In this document: positions 17,283 through 26,746 of the stretch, piece after piece | Layout of the letters: each line of letters begins with the position of its first letter | How positions within the stretch are numbered: the first letter of the stretch is position 1 | Assembly (NCBI RefSeq): GCF_003428155.1 | Contig: NZ_QLIR01000021.1 | Span: 1 to 29,770 of the forward strand | From: Fastidiosibacter lacustris | Lineage (GTDB): Bacteria > Pseudomonadota > Gammaproteobacteria > Francisellales > Francisellaceae | DNA length: 29,770 nt | Direction: 5' to 3' | Made by a program: the position numbers and the translations under genes | Notes under the pieces: model-generated | The model's database searches: none | Told to the model about the DNA's origin: nothing | The model's input: the letters and a program-made list of their open reading frames with translations, nothing else

Positions 17283-18764
17283 ATGAAAGAGCTTAGAATA
17301 TTGATTGACAGTCCAGAAGCATGGACACCTTATTTCCCAAGTGATAATGTAGTTTTAATAAAAGATTACTTAATGACCCGAGAAGAAAAAAGCTATTATT
17401 TAATTAACCTTTCAGAGAATATCTCTTATTTGGGTCAAGGATATTATGCCTCACTTTTGGCAGAAGCCAATGGTGATCGCGTTATTCCTAGTGTAAATAC
17501 GCTTAATAATTTGCAACATTTAGATGATTTGTCGTTTAGCTTGTTTAATATTCGTTTGAGTAATGCTTGCCTTGAAACACTAGATAGAATTGCTGTTGAT
17601 AATGAAGCTCAAATCAAAATTTATTTTGGTCAAAGTGAACAACAAAGTTTCAATAAACTAGCACGCAAGATTTTTGATATTTATGATATTCCAATACTAA
17701 AGCTTGTTTTTGAAAAACGACTTGATATATGGCAAATAAAGGGATTGCAAGTTGTTCCGATAAAAGCGTTAAATGATGTAGAAGAGACTTTTTTCGCCCA
17801 AACTTTGAGTGAGTTTAGCACGAAAGTATGGCGTAAGCCGCGACTAAGAAAGCAATATCGCTACGAAATGGCAATTTTAGTTGATCCAAAAGAAGTACTG
17901 CCACCAAGCAATAATAAAGCCATTAAAAAATTTATTCATGCAGGGCGTGAGCTTGGAGTGGATATTGATTTGATTACCAAACAAGATTATGCAAGATTGC
18001 CAGAATACGATGGGTTATTTATTCGTACTACAACAGCGATTAATCATTACAGCTATGCCTTTGCCAAAAAAGCAGAAGAAAATAACTTAGTGGTCATGGA
18101 TAGCACACAAACAATCATGCGTTGCACCAACAAGGTGTACCTTCATAACTTAATGGAAAAAAATAAAATTTTGATGCCTGAATCTTATTTTGTGTTTCGT
18201 GATCAAGAGCCTTTAAATAGCGATGAACTAATTGAAAAACTAGGCTTACCAATGGTATTAAAAATTCCAGATGGTTCGTTTTCTCAAGGAGTTAAGAAAG
18301 TAAATGATAGAAAAGAACTTAATCAATTGTTAGATAAAATGCTGGCACAGTCATCAATTATTATTGCACAAAAATACCACTACACTGATTACGATTGGCG
18401 CATTGGGATTTTGAATAACAAACCATTGTATGCTTGTAAATATTACATGGCGCCTAACCATTGGCAAATTGTCAATCACAACAAGAAGTACATTACGGCT
18501 GGTCCTGCTGAGGCTTTTGGCATTCATCAAGTACCAAAGGATGTGATTAAAATAGCGATAAAAGCGTGCCGTTTGATTGGAACGGATTTATATGGTGCTG
18601 ATATTAAAGTTATCGATAATAAGCCCTGTATTATAGAAATAAATGATAATCCATCATTAGATCATCCTTGGGAAGATGCGTATTTGGATGATGAATTATA
18701 CAGCAGAATCATATTGGAGTTTGTTAATCGCATGGAGTATAAGCGGGTGCATTATGGCGATTAG
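17283..18764 (+). CDS. RimK-family ATP-grasp ligase with an N-terminal RLAN-type domain (493 aa)
   Basis: The C-terminal half has ATP-grasp features (LPMVLKIPDGSFSQGVKKV, IIAQKYHYTDYDWRIGILNNKPLYACKYYM, YGADIKVIDNKPCIIEINDNPSLD). The roughly 200-aa N-terminal extension resembles the RimK-like ATP-grasp N-terminal domain. Confidence 0.75.
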   Translation: MKELRILIDSPEAWTPYFPSDNVVLIKDYLMTREEKSYYLINLSENISYLGQGYYASLLAEANGDRVIPSVNTLNNLQHLDDLSFSLFNIRLSNACLETLDRIAVDNEAQIKIYFGQSEQQSFNKLARKIFDIYDIPILKLVFEKRLDIWQIKGLQVVPIKALNDVEETFFAQTLSEFSTKVWRKPRLRKQYRYEMAILVDPKEVLPPSNNKAIKKFIHAGRELGVDIDLITKQDYARLPEYDGLFIRTTTAINHYSYAFAKKAEENNLVVMDSTQTIMRCTNKVYLHNLMEKNKILMPESYFVFRDQEPLNSDELIEKLGLPMVLKIPDGSFSQGVKKVNDRKELNQLLDKMLAQSSIIIAQKYHYTDYDWRIGILNNKPLYACKYYMAPNHWQIVNHNKKYITAGPAEAFGIHQVPKDVIKIAIKACRLIGTDLYGADIKVIDNKPCIIEINDNPSLDHPWEDAYLDDELYSRIILEFVNRMEYKRVHYGD

Positions 18765-19194
18765 TTTTCGTTTGGCAACAGCTGATGACATACCTGCATT
18801 GGTAGAGCTCGAAAACACCTTATTTAATACAGATCAGATCAGTAAACGTCAGTTTTACTATCATATCCATTCCAAACGTAACTTTTTATGGATAGTAAAA
18901 GAAGAAGCGAAACTTATTGCTTATATGTTAGTATTTATGCGTCGTAAAAGCGCGCGAATTTATTCGCTTGCAGTATCAAAAACTTGTCATGGAAAAGGCG
19001 TTGGAAGTGCGTTATTAATGAAATTATTCGAGGAGTTGCCAGCAGCAAATATTAGTAAAGTAGGGCTAGAGGTTAATATCAATAATCAAGTCGCGATTCG
19101 TTTATACTTAAAACTTGGCTTTAAGATCGTAAAAACACGGATGCACTATTACTTAAATGGTGATCATGCCTATAAAATGTATAAGTTTTTATAA
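18754..19194 (+). CDS. GNAT-family (RimI-like) N-acetyltransferase (146 aa), overlapping the RimK-like gene
   Basis: The homologous sequence starts at MAISFRLATADDIPALVELE (ATG 18754, in frame in ORF 18676-19194). This start overlaps the upstream stop by 11 nt (ATGGCGATTAG). Motif A: LAVSKTCHGKGVGSALL. Confidence 0.75.
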   Translation: MAISFRLATADDIPALVELENTLFNTDQISKRQFYYHIHSKRNFLWIVKEEAKLIAYMLVFMRRKSARIYSLAVSKTCHGKGVGSALLMKLFEELPAANISKVGLEVNINNQVAIRLYLKLGFKIVKTRMHYYLNGDHAYKMYKFL

Positions 19195-19534
19195 GTCTTA
19201 CAATTTGTAGTGGCGTTGACCTAGCTAATCTCTCTACTTAAATTAGTGATAATTTCTCATGCATCTCATTTTGCTTAGATTTGCAAAATGGGGATCTTTA
19301 TTTATTATTGAGCTATTATTTTGGGCATCTATTTTATTCATTGTAGAGTTTATTCTCAGGCCTTTCGTATACGTTCTAATGTAGTTAACGTTAATTCGAT
19401 ATAAATGCTTATAATACAAACAGCACATTTGGCTTTTTAGGCTGGAAGTAATACACAATTAACCTACATAATAGATTTGTCATAAAACTCCATATTGAAC
19501 GATGCCTTTGTATGTTCAATTTGGTTAATCTTTT

Positions 19535-19860
19535 TTAAGTCCTTTTTTCATGTTTTTTTAAACTCATATAATCAGTTGTAACACTAACCCACCCACGTTC
19601 AAAATCTTTATCACCAAACTAATTTATCAATTAAGCCTTGCGTTAAATCCAAAAAACCATCCTATTGTCGATTTTGACCGACTTGCTATCATAATCAAAT
19701 TTAATATCTTTCAAACAAAGATTTGGATGCATCTAGAATTTGACTCAACTTTGATGTCTCAAGAAAAAAATAATGCATCAATCAGTATTTTGTAAATTCT
19801 TCTTTGTGTACAGAGATAAGCTTTACAATAATCAAAAAGTTGAATATTATTTTTGCATTC
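19535..19860 (-). pseudogene. Heavily decayed IS982-family-like transposase remnant (multiple frames, internal deletions)
   Basis: Minus-strand fragments lie in the order expected for IS982 transposases: LFDYCKAY (cf. VDDFCKAF), KILIDALFFS, YDSKSVKIDNR (cf. IDSxPIxVCHNxR), IGWFFGFNARL (cf. GWFYGFKLHL) and FGDKDF (cf. GDKGY). Motif-level evidence only. Confidence 0.35.
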
Positions 19861-20095
19861 AAACTTAAGCCTTTAAATTAGATGTTAAATTTTAATGGCT
19901 ATTGGTGCTAAAAAGAAATTATCATACAGACCTTAGGATTTTACCTATTATATTCATTGAGTGAGCTATAAGCATATAGGAGAACTTAGAAGCATAGCAG
20001 CTGAAGTAAAGTTTGTATAATTTTTATATCCATTTAATGAGCTTATAAGAGAGTCTAACTTTGTACATAAAAACCAAAATTAACGGAAATAGATT

Positions 20096-20541
20096 ATGAT
20101 AATATGGTTACGAAACGTTGTAAAAATAATATTTTTTATCTCTTTTTATCTTTCTACTTACGGTCATTCGGCTGAAAAGCAAGATATAGCAAACCTTCTA
20201 AAACACCAAAAATCAATTAGTAGCATTAATATTGATCACTTTGATGATATTGAGCAACTTCACGTCCCCTTGAATGATTATGAAAGCTATTGTTCAAACA
20301 AAAAAATAGTCTTATTTGTAAACAATTAAGCAAAATTGTCCCGTTTTATTCAATATCTATTAATGAATTAAATAATTTGAATTTTGAAAGTTCAGATCCA
20401 AGAGGTTTATATAATTTTATATGTGGGGAAAAGAGTTCTGAAGATAAAATAAGTAAAATTTGTCAAGAGATAGATAAAAGAAGCCGCGCTTTTGAGACCG
20501 CAGAAAATTTTGACAAACTATATTTGCACAATAAAATTTAA
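20096..20541 (+). pseudogene. Small secreted protein (about 148 aa if repaired) split by a frameshift in an A7 run
   Basis: ORF 20096-20329 begins with a signal-peptide-like MIIWLRNVVKIIFFISFYLSTYG/HSAEK. ORF 20290-20541 continues in the -1 frame. The two frames meet at A7 (20300-20306), and one extra A gives ...YCSNKKNSLICKQLSKIV... Confidence 0.45.
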
Positions 20542-20560
20542 ACTACTACAGCATTAGATG

Positions 20561-20579
20561 AGCTCTTGATAAAAGAGCT
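20561..20579. terminator. Short hairpin between the convergent small ORF and rpoS (possible weak bidirectional terminator)
   Basis: AGCTCTT (20561-20567), a 5-nt loop, then AAGAGCT (20573-20579). There is no clear U-tract on either strand. Confidence 0.25.
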
Positions 20580-20666
20580 TAACCTTCGTTGGACAGTTAT
20601 GATGGATAAGAGTGCTTTTTATATAGTCGAGTAGCAAAACCATATTACTATGATTCCGCTATTTGA

Positions 20667-21701
20667 CTAATGGGAGAATAAATTAGCATCGATGTTATTA
20701 GCAGCAGCAATGACCTTTAGGCGCCTTAATGCATCAACCTGAATTTGGCGGACACGTTCACGTGTCAAGCCAATATGTACACCAGTTTCTTCTAAAGTTT
20801 GGATGTCATATCCGCGAAGGCCAAAGCGCATGGAGAGTACCGCTCGTTGATTATCACTAAGCTCATCTAACCATTGATCAATAAACTCAGCAGCCTTACG
20901 GTGAAGATGTATGACCTCAGGATCACTTGTTTGCTCATCAGCAATGGTTTCGAGCATGCTACGATTGGAGTCATCATAAGCCTCGTCTAGAGAATCGATT
21001 GGTATTGTAGAAGAGAGAATTTTTCGGATATCCTCAACGGGGCGATCAATAAATTCAGCTATTTCTTCAGGTGAAGGTTCATGATCAAGTAGCTTAGTTA
21101 ATTCAGTTGCTGCACGCAAATAAACATTAAGCTCTTTTAAGATGTGTACGGGTATACGTATGGTGCGCTGATGATTTAAAAGCGCACGCTCAATGTTTTG
21201 ACGAATCCACCAAGTAGCATAAGTTGAAAAGCGCCAACCCAAATCAGGATCAAACTTTTCAACTGCACGAATGAGTCCTAAATTTCCTTCAGCAATTAAG
21301 TCTAAAAAGCTCAAGCTATTACCACGTGGCTTATAGCGTTTTGCAATTTTAACAACTAAGCGTAAATTACTCTCAATCATTATATTTTTAGCTTTTTGAT
21401 CGCCTTTTTGTACCAATTTAGCATAGTAAAACTCTTCATCCTTCGTTAACAATGGTCTAAAACCAATGTCAATGAGATACATCTTGGTTGCATCATTCTC
21501 ACTATAAGGAAAGTTCTGAGTCTCAAGCTCGCTAATTTCACTACTGCCAAAGTTTGTGTGGGTATCATCTTCTTGATTATCAGTTATAGCATCGTTATCT
21601 CTGATATTTTCAAAGTCGATATCGCTGTTGTCATCAAATTCCTCAACAAATACATTTTTTGGCTTATTCTTAATTGATTGTTTTGGGAGTGGCTGTAACA
21701 C
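20667..21701 (-). CDS. rpoS: RNA polymerase sigma factor RpoS (sigma-38), 344 aa, GTG start
   Basis: Near-identical blocks to E. coli RpoS: [87 protein letters not shown] and [25 protein letters not shown] lies 7 nt upstream of GTG 21701. Confidence 0.9.
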   Translation of the reverse strand: MLQPLPKQSIKNKPKNVFVEEFDDNSDIDFENIRDNDAITDNQEDDTHTNFGSSEISELETQNFPYSENDATKMYLIDIGFRPLLTKDEEFYYAKLVQKGDQKAKNIMIESNLRLVVKIAKRYKPRGNSLSFLDLIAEGNLGLIRAVEKFDPDLGWRFSTYATWWIRQNIERALLNHQRTIRIPVHILKELNVYLRAATELTKLLDHEPSPEEIAEFIDRPVEDIRKILSSTIPIDSLDEAYDDSNRSMLETIADEQTSDPEVIHLHRKAAEFIDQWLDELSDNQRAVLSMRFGLRGYDIQTLEETGVHIGLTRERVRQIQVDALRRLKVIAAANNIDANLFSH

Positions 21702-22157
21702 GTTGAATCTCCTTATTATGTTGTCTAAAACTCAAGCTTTAAGAGTTATAACGTGACTTTGTTATGGTTTAAAGCAAAATTTAATTTAAATTGCAACATG
21801 CACGTTTTGGCTTCCTGCTTAGTATCGCAATAACAATTAGCAGATGATAGAGCAAAATGATATTTATACTGTCATCAATCACGGAATTGTTATCAGATAT
21901 TTTTATATCTTATTGATATATCATCGTAACCTATATGGTAATAAGATGACAAGTGTAATAGCAAATTTCTGCACAATTACCACAAACAGAAATTCTATGC
22001 TTTAGAATATAGGGTACAAGCTGTCAACCTAAACCTTTCCGAATTTTGTAGAAATTTGCTTTTGATTAGCTGACGAACCATAGATTTTGCCTATATTGTA
22101 GGGCTAGAAATAAAAAAATTAGAAACAGCTCATATTAAATTTTTTGATGTACACCAG

Positions 22158-23279
22158 TCACACGTTCAAGCTGATAACACAGTTTGCACCTTGTGCTTTA
22201 GCTTGGTAAAGTGCTTGATCCGCTTTATTCAGCGTTTCATCAAAATGGTGATGATCTTTACTATTAAAAAAGCTGTTGGCTATACCTATGCTAATCGTCA
22301 CCTGTATATTACCTATTTTGGGAATTTCTTGCAGCACCATCTTGTTTAATCGCGTTGCTATTTGTTCTCCTTGGATTTGATCAATGTTTGACAGCAAAAT
22401 AACGTATTCATCGCCACCAAAGCGTGATACAACATCATGTTTTCGTGTATGACGAAGCAAAACTTTAGCTACATCTTGTATAACTTTATCACCTACCGTA
22501 TGCCCATACTGATCATTAATGTTTTTAAACTTATCAATATCAATAAACATTACGCTATAAGGCATGCCTTGATGTGTAGCATATTTAAAATCTTCTAGAC
22601 TATCTTGAAAAGCAGATCGATTTAATAAACTCGTCAAATTGTCAGTTTTTGCCATGAGCTCTAGTTGTTTTTCGCTATATTCTAGGTCAGATAAAATCAC
22701 AGAAATTGTGGTTGCAATAACAACTGTAATAGTAATTAGAATAAATAAGTTTGTTGTAAGTTGATTTTGAAGTGTCAACTCAATCAGATAGTTGCTATTG
22801 GGATATATTAAACAAAAAAGCATTAATTCCACAGAAAGTAACGATAATCCCCACTTCGTTTTATGTTCATTGACTTCAAAAATCATATTAGAAAAAGGTG
22901 GCACAACCATGAAAAATAGATAGTTTAATAACTGTGGTTGATATAAAAAGTAGGTGAATATAAAGGTGTTAACGATGAACAATATGCCTAAAGTCAATTT
23001 GGCTAAATAATAGTGTCTTGCCTTAAGCATCGCCAGTGGAATAAGATAGGACAACACCGCACAATAACTATAAATACCACCGTATAATTCTTTTTCTGTT
23101 AAAAAATGTAATATACCAAATATAGTATTTCCAATGATGACCAATATGAGGCTAATCAAAGTAACGTGAATGCGGTGCCAATATGCTGACCTTGAGCTGT
23201 TGACGTTAAATTTTTGGTTTAACCAGTCTTTTATTCTCCTCATTGCTAATAATCCATTTGATGTCTTTACTGTTAACAT
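22158..23279 (-). CDS. Membrane-bound diguanylate cyclase (multi-TM N-terminal domain + GGDEF)
   Basis: About 190 aa of hydrophobic helices are followed by DNLTSLLNRSAF...FIDIDKFKNINDQYGHTVGD...RKHDVVSRFGGDEYVILL. The active-site variant is GGDEY, with an RxxD I-site 5 residues upstream. Confidence 0.85.
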   Translation of the reverse strand: MLTVKTSNGLLAMRRIKDWLNQKFNVNSSRSAYWHRIHVTLISLILVIIGNTIFGILHFLTEKELYGGIYSYCAVLSYLIPLAMLKARHYYLAKLTLGILFIVNTFIFTYFLYQPQLLNYLFFMVVPPFSNMIFEVNEHKTKWGLSLLSVELMLFCLIYPNSNYLIELTLQNQLTTNLFILITITVVIATTISVILSDLEYSEKQLELMAKTDNLTSLLNRSAFQDSLEDFKYATHQGMPYSVMFIDIDKFKNINDQYGHTVGDKVIQDVAKVLLRHTRKHDVVSRFGGDEYVILLSNIDQIQGEQIATRLNKMVLQEIPKIGNIQVTISIGIANSFFNSKDHHHFDETLNKADQALYQAKAQGANCVISLNV

Positions 23280-23527
23280 AACTCTTGTCCATCATATGTT
23301 TTTTCGTTTAATTCACATTATTTTACATTTTTATACATTACGTTTTACTATATGCGATAAGTGAGTGAAAACCTACTCTAAACTATAGTCTATTTTGTAT
23401 TAAAAAGTACTAAAATGGGCAATTTTCATTTTCTAAGTCATATGTATTTCAGAATATTTTCCTAGCATAAATGTTTATGACTTTCTACACTCATCAATAC
23501 ATACGCTTTAGATTAAAGGATCAAACG

Positions 23528-24156
23528 ATGAAGACGCATGAAATCACCCACCCGTTGGTTAGTTACAAACTTGATCTTTTGCGTAATGAAGAGCTTTCTA
23601 GCCAAAGCTTTAAAGCAATTACTAATGAACTTACTACTTTGCTTTGTTATGAGGCATTATCAGATTTACCATTGACCAAAAAAAAAACATTCCACATTGG
23701 CAAGGGACATTTAGTGCGAATACCTTGGCAAAACCATTGCCGACATTTTGCCCCATTTTGCGTGCAGGTTTAGGAATGTTAGAAGGGGCATTAAAACTTT
23801 TGCCTAATGCACCTGTTAGTATGATTGGCATGAAGCGGGATCAAAACACTACCAAAGCGCATTGTTATTACTTTAATCCTTGTCCTGACATTATTCAGCG
23901 TACCGCTATTATACTTGACCCCATGCTTGCAACCTCAAATTCAATCAATAGTGCGATTAATCTTTTGAAATCTCATGGCTGCAAAACGTTTATTGTCATT
24001 ACTTTATTATGCGCACCTGAGGGAATCGCTGCACTTCAAAAATACCATTCAGAAGTAATCCTTTATACTGCCTCCATTGATGAGCATCTTGATCAAAATG
24101 CCTACATTATCCCAGGATTGGGTGATGCTGGCGATAAAATTTTTGCAACGAAATAG
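23528..24156 (+). pseudogene. upp: Uracil phosphoribosyltransferase, interrupted by a frameshift in an A10 run
   Basis: Frame 1 reads MKTHEITHPLVSYKLDLLRNEE...DLPLTKKK (cf. E. coli [22 protein letters not shown]). The frame shifted by -1 reads NIPHWQG....PILRAGLGMLEG...ILDPMLATSNS...YIIPGLGDAGDKIFATK. The frames meet at A10 (23678-23687). Confidence 0.85.
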
Positions 24157-24414
24157 TATTTGACTGCCAACTTAACAATTAGTATGAGTTATTGCTTTGC
24201 TGAAGTAATCAATCAATAAATACTATTATGCTGTGGTTTTTTGCTATTTTGCTAAATATGTATTTTCTTTTACTTATTTAACTACATACGCTTTGTCGTT
24301 TTTACAAATTTGGTTATGATCGCTGGTCATTTAGAAAAAAAGTAACTTTTGGCACTATACTCATATAGATGGAATGTTACATCACCATGAAATGACAAAT
24401 CAGGAAGCATTTTA

Positions 24415-26673
24415 ATGAAAATAAAGCTCAAGGAGCTCGTATTAGGTAAACGACTATTTTGGCAAGTGCTTATTAGTGCAAGCAGTCTACTGTTTTGTTT
24501 AACTTTAGTCGTCTTTCTACTGTCATTTTACCCTCTTTATCAACAAAAACAAACTGATGTGGTTAGTCGTTATCAACAAATTTTAAGTTTCTACACCAAT
24601 CAAATAGTGCTTGCATTATCTGAGGCAAGAAGCAGTTCTTTGCAAGTTAGCAATCACACAAAAGCGAATTACTTGTTAAACGAAATAGAAAAAAAATATG
24701 CTATTGGTCTACCATTTTCAGCTGAAGTCAGTGAGCTTCGCACTATTCTTGCTTCAGCATTGGTATCAAATGATAGTCTAGAAGCCATACAACGTTATGA
24801 GATAAATGGTAACCTTATCGTTGAAGTTGGCACTAAGCAAACTATACCTTTTGCAAAGAAACCACTTTCTTTTTTCACTCAAAATAACCAATTAATGGCT
24901 ATTTTTACCATAGCTATTCGCTTACAGGGCGATCAAGGTAAAGAAATTATCGGCTACGATCGACTATATTTCAACCTTGATCAAATTGTGCATAAACTTG
25001 AAAGCGCAAGTCTGGACAATAAAGTAGATGTCTACTGGTTTGTAAAGCTAAACAACGACTGGAAAGCCGTGAGCACAAGTTTTAGTAATCACTTAAATAC
25101 ACTACCTCATCAAGTACTAGAAACACTCAATGCTCAAGACTTTGCAACTTTTCGACTCAACACAAAGGTCTATTACTTTCAGAAAATAAACAATCAGCAA
25201 ATACTTGTATTAGGCGTGAAACAGAGCATGGTTTCCGCTAGTGTATGGATAAATCTTTCGCATATTCCATTAACTGTTTTAGGGTTTATGGTTGTTTTTA
25301 TCTTGCTATTGATTTTGTGTTTGCGTTCGATTTTATCTAAGCATCTTGCTGAAAATGCTCAATTACATGCGTTTGCTCATTATGATAATATCACAAATCT
25401 TCCTAATCGAAAGCAATTTGAAAAGGTATTTAGTACACAGCTCGACCTAGCATTTACTCAAAATAGTAAGCTGGCACTACTGTATATTGATATTGATCAT
25501 TTTAAGCATATTAACGATGGATTTGGTCATGATTTTGGTGATTGCTTATTGCATGAGTTGGCGATTAGACTTAAAAGTAATATTCGAAAAACCGATTTTA
25601 TTGCTCGGATTGGCAGCGATGAATTTGCCATTATTTTGAATGATATCCAAACTGAAGAGAATATTAGAACGACTGTAAATCACCTGTACAGCATTATTCA
25701 TCAAGTGATCGTTATTGATGCTTATCCCATTAATATTCGTGCCAGTATGGGAGTGGCAATTTATCCAGATCATGCTATTGACAGGCAAACCTTACTTAAA
25801 TATGCGGATATGACCATGTATGAAAGTAAAAAAGCAGGTGGTAACAGTTATTGCATCTTTAACAATAAAATAGGTGAGCATTACTTAAGGCGAATAGATA
25901 TTGCTAAATATTTGGAACGAGCCATTATTAATGATGAATTTTATCTAGTTTATCAACCCATTATTAACCTTAATAACAATAAAATCCCGCATTTTGAGGT
26001 GCTCCTTAGATGGCGAAATAAGTTTTTAGGCGAAGTTTCTCCAGCTGAATTTATTCCAGTTGCTGAAGAGTTAAAAATCATTATTGAAATTGGTAATTGG
26101 GTCATTCGCCAGACTTTCTATCAACTTCGCCAGTGGCATGATGATAAAGTTGTTATCTATAAACCTACAATATCAATCAACCTTTCCGCTGTTCAAATTA
26201 ATAATGCCTCTATTTTTTTGAGTTTATTACAACAAACGCTTGAGCAACTTAATTTACCGAAATCAAATGTGACTTTTGAAATAACTGAGACGGTCATTAT
26301 GGAAAATATGAAAACCACTTCTTTTGTGTTAAGCATGCTCAAAGGTATGGGCTTCCAAGTTTCAATTGATGACTTTGGAACAGGGTTTTGTTCGTTAGGA
26401 TATCTTAAAAACACTGATGTTGACTATATCAAAATTGATAAGTTCTTTATTGATGATGTGTTGACCAATCTCAATAGCAGAGTGATTGTCGAAAGTATTA
26501 TTAGACTGGGGCATAATCTTGGTAGTGCAATAATAGCAGAGGGGATAGAAACAAAAGAACAATATCAACTCCTTAAAGAGCTAAAATGTGATTTCATTCA
26601 AGGCTATTATTTTAGTAAACCATTATCTGCAAATGATGCAAGTGCTTTTATAAAGAATCAAATAAAAACATAA
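24415..26673 (+). CDS. Membrane sensor protein with a periplasmic domain, degenerate GGDEF (GSDEF) and an EAL-type (EVL) c-di-GMP phosphodiesterase domain
   Basis: TM1 (aa about 17-40), a roughly 240-aa extracytoplasmic region, then TM2 (aa about 285-305). The GGDEF domain carries RKTDFIARIGSDEFAIIL. The EAL domain carries YQPII, FEVLLRW, ISINLS, EITE, DDFGTGFCSLGYLK, IKIDKFFI, AEGIET and QGYYFSKP. Confidence 0.88.
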   Translation: MKIKLKELVLGKRLFWQVLISASSLLFCLTLVVFLLSFYPLYQQKQTDVVSRYQQILSFYTNQIVLALSEARSSSLQVSNHTKANYLLNEIEKKYAIGLPFSAEVSELRTILASALVSNDSLEAIQRYEINGNLIVEVGTKQTIPFAKKPLSFFTQNNQLMAIFTIAIRLQGDQGKEIIGYDRLYFNLDQIVHKLESASLDNKVDVYWFVKLNNDWKAVSTSFSNHLNTLPHQVLETLNAQDFATFRLNTKVYYFQKINNQQILVLGVKQSMVSASVWINLSHIPLTVLGFMVVFILLLILCLRSILSKHLAENAQLHAFAHYDNITNLPNRKQFEKVFSTQLDLAFTQNSKLALLYIDIDHFKHINDGFGHDFGDCLLHELAIRLKSNIRKTDFIARIGSDEFAIILNDIQTEENIRTTVNHLYSIIHQVIVIDAYPINIRASMGVAIYPDHAIDRQTLLKYADMTMYESKKAGGNSYCIFNNKIGEHYLRRIDIAKYLERAIINDEFYLVYQPIINLNNNKIPHFEVLLRWRNKFLGEVSPAEFIPVAEELKIIIEIGNWVIRQTFYQLRQWHDDKVVIYKPTISINLSAVQINNASIFLSLLQQTLEQLNLPKSNVTFEITETVIMENMKTTSFVLSMLKGMGFQVSIDDFGTGFCSLGYLKNTDVDYIKIDKFFIDDVLTNLNSRVIVESIIRLGHNLGSAIIAEGIETKEQYQLLKELKCDFIQGYYFSKPLSANDASAFIKNQIKT

Positions 26674-26746
26674 ACAGCGTAAGTGACATTGCCAGCATCT
26701 TACACTCTGTTACAATACTTTAATTTAATGTTCAAGGATTAAATTT

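Noticed and set aside
19243-19458. 71-aa minus-strand ORF in the AT-rich gap
   Set aside because: No SD, an odd composition (MCITSSLKSQMCCLYYKHLY...), and a location in IS-scarred non-coding DNA. It is likely spurious.
26674-26746. GTAAG...CTTAC inverted repeat after the GGDEF-EAL gene, considered as a terminator
   Set aside because: A 5-bp stem, a 15-nt loop and no T-run. Not supportable.
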